A stretch of 51,183 bases of DNA from a virus (taxonomy: Duplodnaviria; Caudoviricetes), in the IMG/VR virus record IMGVR_UViG_3300012942_000058, positions 1-51,183 of that record; one strand, 5' to 3'. Made by a program: the position numbers and the translations under genes. Under the pieces are notes generated by a model. That model ran no database searches. It was given only the letters and a program-made list of their open reading frames with translations, and was not told where the DNA came from. Each line of letters begins with the position of its first letter. The first letter of the stretch is position 1. This document shows, one piece after another, positions 16,653 through 25,100 of the stretch.

Positions 16653-19600
16653 ATGGCTCGTCTAGGCTTCGACATCGACACCGGCAGCCTCGTCCAGGCT
16701 CTCGAGGCCATGGACAAGGTGCCCCTGTCTGCTGGCAAGATGGAGCAGGCTGTCACCTCGGCAGCCACAGCCACCTCCGGAGCACTCTCCCGTACTGCCA
16801 CCACTGTTCAGTCCGTCGTGGACGCAGTTGTCGCGTCCAATGCGCGACTCGGCACGTCTCTTCGTCAGATCGAGACGTTCTCTCAGCGTCTGGACAGTGT
16901 CTTCGGCACCGGGCGCACTCCGTTTGCGCAGGCGGCGGAGTCGGCCTCGGTGTTCGGGGCAGAGCTGGATCGTCTGCGAGCCAAGTTCAACCCCGTCTTT
17001 GCTGCTGGTCAGCAGTACAAGATGGTCGTGGCAGAGATACGGCAGGCTCAGCTCATGGGTGCTCTGTCGTCTGCCGAGGCGACCGCCGCCATAGAGCGCG
17101 AGCGCACCGCCACCCAGAGACTCGTGGAGGCTCGACGCACCGCTGCTGCGGTGAGTGGTGCAGGCGGCGGAGGTGGTGCGGGGATGGGCGGCGCTGGCAA
17201 TGCGAACGCACGCTTCCTCGGCACCAACATCATGTACCAGCTGCAGGACGTCGCCGTCACCTCGGCCATGGGCATGAATGCCGGAATGATCGGCCTCATG
17301 CAGGGCTCCCAGATCGGTGCGGCGGGCGTGGCGGCGGGTGGCGGCATGGCTCTGCTGTCTGGCCTCAAGTCCGGTCTCCTGGCTCTGGTGAGCCCGACCA
17401 ACGTTGTCGCCATCGGCCTCACGACTCTCGCTGCGCTCACCATCCAGTGGGCTACGAGGGGACGAGACGGAGTCAAGACCCTCGACGAGGCAATGAAGGA
17501 CCACGGCAAGACCCTGGCCCTCCTGCGCGACTACTACGGAGAGGTGGCTAAGGCTCAGGGCCTCGTCACCTCCGGCGGCGTGGCCTTTGTCAGGTCCTCG
17601 GTGCGCTCCGACCAGAGTGTTCTGGCGGCACAGATGAGGACCATGGGAGCCTCGGCCATCGGCAGTCTGCACGGAGAGGGCTGGCTTGCCACCATGTCCC
17701 GCATGGGGCGCGGCGCACCGGACTTCTCCCAGCTCGGCGTGACGCAGGGCGGCGGACTCAGCCTCGGCCGCGACCAGCTCCCCTTCCAGTCCGCGATAGA
17801 GAGCTTCCTGGCGTCCGTCAGGCAGGGCTCCCCGGACATGGAGAAGTTCAGTGCGGACATCGACAGCGTGGTGTCGCGTCTTGCTCCCTCCTCCGGCGAC
17901 CCCATGGGACTGAAGCGTGCGGGGGACTCCCTCCTGACGATCGGCGGGCAGCTGATCACCACCGGAGGAAAGTTCTCTGCCTTCTCCGAGCCGATCGCGA
18001 AGTTCTTCCTGCAGCTGCAGGAGGGCGATCCCGACATCAGGGCTCTCACCTCGAGCATAGAGAAGATCGGCGAGAAGGGCGGACCGGCGCTGCGCAAGAC
18101 CGCAGACGAGGCCATCCTCCTCATGAAGGATCTCGTCGGCGTTGCGGACGCCGCGCGGGAGGCTCAGAGGAGCTTCGATCAGGCACGCGACACCCGCGCC
18201 CGAGACATGAGGGAGGCCAGTGCGGGTCGCGCCGACGCCAATCGCTACGTGGGAGCGCGCTCTCTGGAGGAGCGCCGGGCGCGAGCCTCGCTGGACGCCG
18301 AGATACAGAGCCAGAACGCACGGACTGACGCTGAGCGGCTGGCGGCTGCTCGCGCCTCGGCTGGTGCTCAGTATGCTGGGTCGGATCGGCGCAGGCTCCA
18401 GGAGGAGCTCGCTGTTCGCCGAGAGCAGGCCCGCATAGAGAAGGAGATCGCCGACCGCCGTCGCGATCAGCAGTTCACCAGCTCGGAGGCCATTCGCGGA
18501 GCCGAGGAGCAGCTGACGATGGTCGGCAAGACCTCGGGCGAGGTCGCTCGGCTTCAGGCCATGTATCAAGGTCTTGCCGAGGCGAGGCAGTACGAGCACC
18601 AGACCGGACGCAAGATGTCCGACGAGCAGCTGGCCGACATCAAGAAGCAGGCCGATGCTCTGGGCGATCTCGCCGACAAGCTGGCCAAGGTTCGTCTTGC
18701 CGACAGCCTCGCCTTCGAGCGCCGGCAGCTGGGTCGCACCGACATGGACGCGCAGGTGGCCTCTCAGCTGCGCAGCGCTGGTCTCGACGACAACGACCTG
18801 GACTCCCAGGCCGCCAAGGAGATACGGATCAACGAGATCCTGAAGCAGCGTGTCGCTGTGTGGAAGGATCTTCGCCAGACGGGCCAGGATGCCATCGACA
18901 AGCTCTTCGAGGGCTCTCTGGACGGCATAGACGGCATCACGAGCGCTCTGGAGGAGGTAGCCACCGACATCGTCAAGCAGATGACGCAGCTGGCCGCCGC
19001 CAATCCGCTGAAGAACGCTCTCTTCGGCACCAGCCTGCCGACCATGGACAGCGTTGGCGGCATCGGCGGCTTCTTCCGGACGATGTTCGGCCAGACGGCC
19101 AATCCTGCCGCAGGAGCAGCGAGCGTCGGCGCCATGACCGTGACCGCTGGCTCGGTGATCGTGACTGGGGGTGCTGGCGTGGGTGCCGGTGGCGCTCTGG
19201 ACGCCATCAATCGGGTCATGGGTCTCGGCGGATCGGGCAACTCGGGAGTGACCGGCAGCATGACCGCCTACGCCGCCGCCATCCGTCAGGTGGAGAGTGC
19301 GGGCTCTGGCGGCTACTCGGCTCTCGGCCCGGTGCTGCCGAACGGGAATCAGGCGCTCGGTGCCTACCAGATCATGCGCTCCAACCTGCCCTCGTGGTCG
19401 CAGGCAGCACTCGGTCGGTCGGTCTCCCAGAGCGAGTTCATGTCGTCGCCCAGCATTCAGGACGCCATCTTCCAGCACAGGTTCGGCGGGTATCTGGACA
19501 AGTACGGCAACCCGCAGGACGCCGCCTCCGTCTGGTTCACCGGACGTCCGCAGTCCTCGGGCGCAGGCGCCACCGACATTCTCGGCACCACAGGCAGCGG

Positions 19601-20297
19601 CTACGTCTCCAAGTTCAACGCAGCCCTGACCCAGGCAACTGGGCGTGTGGGCTCTCTGGCCGGTGCCTCGGGCGATGCTGCTGGTGGCCTCGGTCAGCTC
19701 GGCTCGGGCCTCACCAAGTTCGGCCAGAACCTGTCGCAGTTCCCCTCGGCTCCCTCGGGAGGTGGTGGCGGCATCGGTGGCTGGCTGTCCTCGCTGTTCG
19801 GCGGCGGAGGTCTCAGCTCGGCGTTCTCCGGCTCGTCGGCCTACAGCTGGCTCTCGGCCAATCCGGGCGGCTACATAGGACTGTACGCAGACGGCGGCTA
19901 CACCGGCCCCGGAGGCAAGTATCAGGTCGCTGGTCTGGCCCACAAGGGCGAGTTCTGGTTCTCCCAGGAGGCAACACAGAACCTCGGCGTCGACTATCTC
20001 CAGGCGCTTCACTCTGCGGCCAAGAGCGGTCGCGGCATGGCCTCTGGCGGACACGCAGGCGGTACGTCTCTTCCGCGTAGCGGCGGAGCCAACGCACCGC
20101 TCGTCGCTGTGTACGACATGCGCGAGGCGGGGAGTCCCCCGGTCGAGCAGCGCGAGAAGATCGGCCCCGATGGCCAGCGCCAGCTGGAGATCTACATTCG
20201 CCGGACGACGCAGGACGAGGTGTCTCGTCCGTCGGCCCAGACAAACCGCAACCTGCGCGGGACCTATGGTCTCTCCAATCAGGTGACAAGACGATGA
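16653..20297 (+). CDS. Tape measure protein with embedded lysozyme/transglycosylase-like domain
   Basis: 1214 aa, Ala/Gly-rich; 'YQLQDVAVT...QGSQI'; 'AIRQVES.G..Y...ALGAYQIM'; C-terminal 'ADGGYTGPGGKY..AGLAHKGE'. Confidence 0.92.
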   Translation: MARLGFDIDTGSLVQALEAMDKVPLSAGKMEQAVTSAATATSGALSRTATTVQSVVDAVVASNARLGTSLRQIETFSQRLDSVFGTGRTPFAQAAESASVFGAELDRLRAKFNPVFAAGQQYKMVVAEIRQAQLMGALSSAEATAAIERERTATQRLVEARRTAAAVSGAGGGGGAGMGGAGNANARFLGTNIMYQLQDVAVTSAMGMNAGMIGLMQGSQIGAAGVAAGGGMALLSGLKSGLLALVSPTNVVAIGLTTLAALTIQWATRGRDGVKTLDEAMKDHGKTLALLRDYYGEVAKAQGLVTSGGVAFVRSSVRSDQSVLAAQMRTMGASAIGSLHGEGWLATMSRMGRGAPDFSQLGVTQGGGLSLGRDQLPFQSAIESFLASVRQGSPDMEKFSADIDSVVSRLAPSSGDPMGLKRAGDSLLTIGGQLITTGGKFSAFSEPIAKFFLQLQEGDPDIRALTSSIEKIGEKGGPALRKTADEAILLMKDLVGVADAAREAQRSFDQARDTRARDMREASAGRADANRYVGARSLEERRARASLDAEIQSQNARTDAERLAAARASAGAQYAGSDRRRLQEELAVRREQARIEKEIADRRRDQQFTSSEAIRGAEEQLTMVGKTSGEVARLQAMYQGLAEARQYEHQTGRKMSDEQLADIKKQADALGDLADKLAKVRLADSLAFERRQLGRTDMDAQVASQLRSAGLDDNDLDSQAAKEIRINEILKQRVAVWKDLRQTGQDAIDKLFEGSLDGIDGITSALEEVATDIVKQMTQLAAANPLKNALFGTSLPTMDSVGGIGGFFRTMFGQTANPAAGAASVGAMTVTAGSVIVTGGAGVGAGGALDAINRVMGLGGSGNSGVTGSMTAYAAAIRQVESAGSGGYSALGPVLPNGNQALGAYQIMRSNLPSWSQAALGRSVSQSEFMSSPSIQDAIFQHRFGGYLDKYGNPQDAASVWFTGRPQSSGAGATDILGTTGSGYVSKFNAALTQATGRVGSLAGASGDAAGGLGQLGSGLTKFGQNLSQFPSAPSGGGGGIGGWLSSLFGGGGLSSAFSGSSAYSWLSANPGGYIGLYADGGYTGPGGKYQVAGLAHKGEFWFSQEATQNLGVDYLQALHSAAKSGRGMASGGHAGGTSLPRSGGANAPLVAVYDMREAGSPPVEQREKIGPDGQRQLEIYIRRTTQDEVSRPSAQTNRNLRGTYGLSNQVTRR

Positions 20298-21205
20298 ACA
20301 GCTGGCCCACATCTCTGCCACAGAAGGTACTTGCGGATGGATTCCAGGGCGCAGCGGCCGACGGTCGTCTCCGCACCGACACCGACTCTACCATAGCTAA
20401 GACGCGTCGGCGATTCTCCTTCGTCCCGCGCCCGCTTCAACTCCAGATGCGCATGACCGATGAGCAGCTCGCCATCTTCAGGAAATTTGTCGACAATGAT
20501 CTTCAGGGCGGCGTCTTGCCCTTCATCTTCGCGTCGGTGAGCCGGACCAATCTGTTTTCTTGGAGCGAGGAGTTCGACAACGCCTACTGGAACAAAATAA
20601 ACTCCTCAATCGTCGCCGATGCTGCTGTCGCTCCGGACGGCACGATGACGATGGACAAGCTGGTGTGTAATAGCGCTAACACGAATCATGGTCTCATTCG
20701 CGTGACGGCCTACGAGACCGGCGACACGCTCACCATCAGCTTCTTCGCCAAGGCGGCAGAGTTTCACAAGATACAGATCAACCTTCCCATGCAGGTCGGG
20801 TTGGGCTTTGCCCGCTTTGATCTTATCGCCGGGACCGCGTCCGCAGTCACTGGGGTCGGAGGCCACGCCTCCATAGAGGATGCTGGTAACGGTATCTATC
20901 GATGCTCGTTCACGATCACGGCGACAGAAACTCTCAGCCGCCAGTTCGGCGTCTACATGCTGAATAATGCTGATTTGGTCATTTATCAGGGAGACGGCAC
21001 GTCGGGCGTCTACCTATGGGGCGCGCAGCTGGAAGCCGGCGACCGCGCCACCGACTACATCAAGACAGAAGAGGCGTCGGTGACAGTTCGTACCGGCCCC
21101 GATGGTGACGGCACCTGGATCGCCCAGTTTGGTCAGAACATGCCGCGCTGGGTCCCGACTGGTCTGGACTGGACTGTCACGCTCGATCTGGTGGTGCTGC
21201 CGTGA
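20294..21205 (+). CDS. Distal tail protein with inserted beta-sandwich domain
   Basis: N-terminal 'WPTSLP...RTDTDS...KTRRRF...F', short C-terminal end, interrupted by 'RTNL...SEEFDN...APDGT...WGAQLEAG..AT.YI.T'. Confidence 0.7.
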   Translation: MNSWPTSLPQKVLADGFQGAAADGRLRTDTDSTIAKTRRRFSFVPRPLQLQMRMTDEQLAIFRKFVDNDLQGGVLPFIFASVSRTNLFSWSEEFDNAYWNKINSSIVADAAVAPDGTMTMDKLVCNSANTNHGLIRVTAYETGDTLTISFFAKAAEFHKIQINLPMQVGLGFARFDLIAGTASAVTGVGGHASIEDAGNGIYRCSFTITATETLSRQFGVYMLNNADLVIYQGDGTSGVYLWGAQLEAGDRATDYIKTEEASVTVRTGPDGDGTWIAQFGQNMPRWVPTGLDWTVTLDLVVLP

Positions 21206-21711
21206 GAACCTTCTCTGCTACATTCCGCAAGGCCATGTTTGGCCAGGAGACGGGAGAGATTCCTGTTCTCCTGATCACGATCTCGCATCCTGACCTCGAG
21301 ACGGTCTGGCGCATATCGACGGACAATGCCGACCTGCTGGACGAGGAGCAGCAGCTGCGCGGAACCGTCAGCCGGGGGCACGACTTCGCCTTCTTTCCGC
21401 TGAAGGTCTCGCTGCCGGAGGAGGGCGACGATGCGTCCAACGTCATTCAGCTCACGCTGGACAACGTGACGAGAGAGATCACGCCGCTTCTCCAGTCCAC
21501 GCTCACTCCGGCACAGGTGACGCTCGAGATGGTTCTCGCCTCGGCTCCCGACGACGTGGAGATGGAGTTTCCGGACTTCGAGCTGGTCTCGGCCGACGTG
21601 GATGCCGGCACGGCGGTGCTGTCGCTGACGGTGGACACGATGGCCTCGGAGCCGTATCCGTGCGACAACTTCACGCCGGGCGCGTTCGGCGGGCTGTGGG
21701 CTACCACATGA
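21202..21711 (+). CDS. Minor tail protein (DUF1833-like)
   Basis: 'LITISHPDL', 'FFPLKVSLP', 'LTLDNV', 'LASAPDDVE', 'FTPGAFGGL'. Confidence 0.8.
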   Translation: MRTFSATFRKAMFGQETGEIPVLLITISHPDLETVWRISTDNADLLDEEQQLRGTVSRGHDFAFFPLKVSLPEEGDDASNVIQLTLDNVTREITPLLQSTLTPAQVTLEMVLASAPDDVEMEFPDFELVSADVDAGTAVLSLTVDTMASEPYPCDNFTPGAFGGLWATT

Positions 21712-22118
21712 GTGTCGCGCTCGACACAACCGCATACGTCGGCATTCCGTGGCTGGACCGTGGCCGCACCCGAGAGGGATGCGACTGCTGGGGTCTGCTG
21801 CGCCTCGTCTACACCGAGGTGCTCGGCCTGGAGGTGCCCGACTACTCCGAGGGGTACGCCTCGGCCGGGGAGCGAGCCACCGTGTCGTCCCTCGTCGCCG
21901 CTGGCACTCGCGCGTGGACGCGGCTCGCGCCGGGCTCGGAGCGCGCGGGCGACGCTGTACTGCTCCGCCAGGCTCCCTGGCACGTCGGTGTCGTCGTGCG
22001 GCCCGGCCTCATGCTTCACATGCCCGAGGACAGCCTCAGCTGCTGCGAGCCGTACGACTCGGGTCGCTGGGGTCGTCGCGTCGAGGGCATCTACCGACTG
22101 ACGGAGGACGCGTCTTGA
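21708..22118 (+). CDS. NlpC/P60-family tail tip assembly protein
   Basis: 'YVGIPW..RGR...GCDCWGL', 'HVGV', 'MLH'. Confidence 0.9.
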   Translation: MSVALDTTAYVGIPWLDRGRTREGCDCWGLLRLVYTEVLGLEVPDYSEGYASAGERATVSSLVAAGTRAWTRLAPGSERAGDAVLLRQAPWHVGVVVRPGLMLHMPEDSLSCCEPYDSGRWGRRVEGIYRLTEDAS

Positions 22119-25100
22119 ACCAGATGATCCGAGCTCCTCTGCAGGGCGAGCTTCTGCTGCCGGGCGACACGATCACAGTGTCCGCCGGCATGCATCCTCT
22201 GCGCGCCTCGGCGGAGGTGCTCGACCTCCCCTCTGGCCTCTCGCTGACAGAGATCGTCGAGATCGTCGAGAAGAGGTGCCATGTCTCGCGTCTGGCGGAG
22301 GGAGCCGACGTCACCATCTCCGGCCACGTCGTGGACCCTGCCCTCTGGAGCCGGGTGCGTGTCAAGGCCGGAGCTCACGTGGGCATACGGGCGCGGGCCG
22401 GCAAGGGCCTCGGCGGCATCCTGCGCTCCCTCCTCCAGATAGCTCTGGCTGTCGTGGCCTCGTTCATCGTGGGTCCGGCCGGACTGGGCATCGCCGGAGC
22501 TATCGGCGGCATCGCAGGTCAGGTTGTTGCTGGCGCAGTCTACGGCGCTATCATGATCGGCGGCGGGCTGCTGCTCAACGCCCTGTTCCCGCCCACGTCC
22601 ACGAAGTCGGACGACCAGAATCAGTCGTACTCCATCTCGGCCGGTAGGAACGCCGCGTCCAAGTGGGGTGCCATCCCGGTGGTGCTCGGCAAGATCCGCG
22701 CATCCCCCAAGTACGCCTCCTCTGCCTACACGGAGTTCGACGGAGACGACCAGTACCTGCGGATGCTCTTCGTCTGGGGCTACGGCCCCATGAAGATCGA
22801 GGACATCAAGATCGGCGACACGTCCATCGACGAGTACGACGATGTAGAGATCCAGACGTTCGAGGGCTACGCCTCCGACGGCCAGCAGACTCTGTATCCC
22901 TCGGAGGTCGTCCAGGAGGACATGTCCGTCCAGCCGGAGTATGACGACCCGGTCAAGCGCACCTCCGCCGAGGACGCGGTTGAGATCGTGCTGGACTTTG
23001 TTGCTCCGTCGGGTCTTGGCAAGCTGAACAGCAAGGGCAAGTTCGACTCTCGGTCGGTAGTGTTCAAGGTGGAGATGTCTCCGGCAGGAGCCGACACGTG
23101 GACCGACAAGGGCACGATCACGCTCCGGGGCAAGTCCAACAAGGCTATCCGTCAGTCGTTCCGCTACCCTGTCGCTCTGGGCGAGTACGACATCCGCGTG
23201 ACGCGGCAGACGGCCGACTCGGACAGCTCCAAGGTCTTCGACGACGTTGTGTGGTCCGCGATCAAGTCCTTCCGCACCGCGCCACCGATCGACTTCGCCA
23301 AGCCGCTCGCCATCACCGCACTGCGCATCCGCGCCACCAAGCAGCTGAACGGCGTCGTCGACAACCTCTCGGCCATCGTCACCTCGCGCGGCCACTCCTG
23401 GGACGGCACCCAGTGGGAGCTGGACACGGAGACCAACAACCCCGCCGACCTGTTCCGTCTGGTTCTTCAGGGTCCGGCCAACGCCCGAGCCCAGCCCGAC
23501 GCACGCCTCGACCTGAGCACCATTCAGGCGTGGGCGGACAGGTGTCGCGCGGCGGGCTTCGTCTTCAACATGTACCGAGACTTCACGGCCTCCGTGCGCG
23601 ACACTCTGCGCGACGTGGCCGCAGCCGGGCGCGCAATCCCGGTCTTCAGGGACGGTCGCTGGTCGGTGACGTGGGAGGAGGACACGGCTCCTGTCGTGCA
23701 GCACTTCACGCCCAGGAACAGTCGCGACTTCCGCTGGACCCAGACGTACCGCATTCTCCCTCACGCCCTTCGGTGCAAGTTCGTCAACGAGGACAAGGAC
23801 TACATCGAGGACGAGATGCTCGTCTATCGGGACGGGTACACCAAGGAGAACGCCACCCTCACCGAGCAGGCGGAGTTCCCCGGTGTCACGAAGTCCGATC
23901 TGATCTACAAGCACGGAAGATACCGCATCGCCGACGCAGAAGAGCGCCCCGCCGTCTACACCGTGACGGTGGACTTCGAGCATCTGGTCTCTCAGCGCGC
24001 CGACCGCGTTGCCGTGGGTCACGACATCATTCGTCAGGGCCTCTGCTCCGGTCGCATTCGGGCAATCGCCGGTCAGGTCCTCACTCTGGACGAGCCCGCG
24101 CCCATGGAGGCGGGAAAGCTGTACGGCATCCGCATACGCAGAGAGGACGGCTCGTCGGTTGTTCGTCAGGTGACGACGCAGGCTGGTGTCCACGACCAGA
24201 TCACCATCGTGGGTGCAGTGCCCGAGGTTGGCGATCTCTACACCTTCGGCCCGCGCGACCACGAGACCGGCATCTACCGCATCCTAGCCATTCGTCCGGG
24301 AGAGGACCTGTCGGCCGAGGTGGACCTCGTGGACGACGGCGAGAACGTTCAGGCGGGGGACTCCGACACTGACATCCCCGGCACCAGCAACGAGCCGCCC
24401 TCCCCGCTCGCGGTCTATCGCCCTACCAATCTGCGGGCTGAGGGCTTCGTGGAGACGATCACCACTGGCAACAGGTACAATGTTCGTCTGTACTGGGAGG
24501 CTGTAGTTGGGCCGGAGTATCAGTCGTTCGAGGCGGTGGCCATCTCTTCCGAGACGACGTGGAGGGTTGTCGTCGACGGGCAGACGCGCGCCTGCGACTT
24601 CCGCAACATGCAGACCGACACCTGGGAGTTCCAGGTACGAGCCATTCTTGCGGACGGGCGACCCACTCCTCCCTCCGACACTCTCGTGCTGGCTGTGGAT
24701 GTTCCCTGGGACGATCTCGGCGTGGACGGCTCCAACGTCATAGACGGCACTCTCTCCATCACCAAGTTCGCCGACGACATCACGCCGGTCGAGCTCGGCG
24801 AGGGGGACCCGTCGGACGCGGACCCGAACAACTTCGAGGGCCGAACCTACGTCAATACACTGACGGGAGTTCTGTGGACCTATCACGACGGTCACTGGGG
24901 TCACATAGAGGCCGACGTCCTGGACGACTCCATCACGACCGCCAAGCTGGCGGACTCTGCCGTCACAGCCGACAAGCTGATGAACGCGGCGGTGACGGCG
25001 CTGAAGATCGCCGACTCGGCGGTACAGGCCAACAAGATCGCGACCGGGGCCGTTCTCGAGAGCAAGCTGGCCGACAATGCGGTGACGGTCAACAAGATTG

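Noticed and set aside
16662-20321. 1219-aa antisense ORF, plus similar long reverse or alternate-frame ORFs (2546..4144, 3832..5661, 6627..8699, 22091..24262, 31998..34076, 47302..48726)
   Set aside because: Shadow ORFs expected from high-GC codon bias opposite well-supported genes; no motifs or SDs
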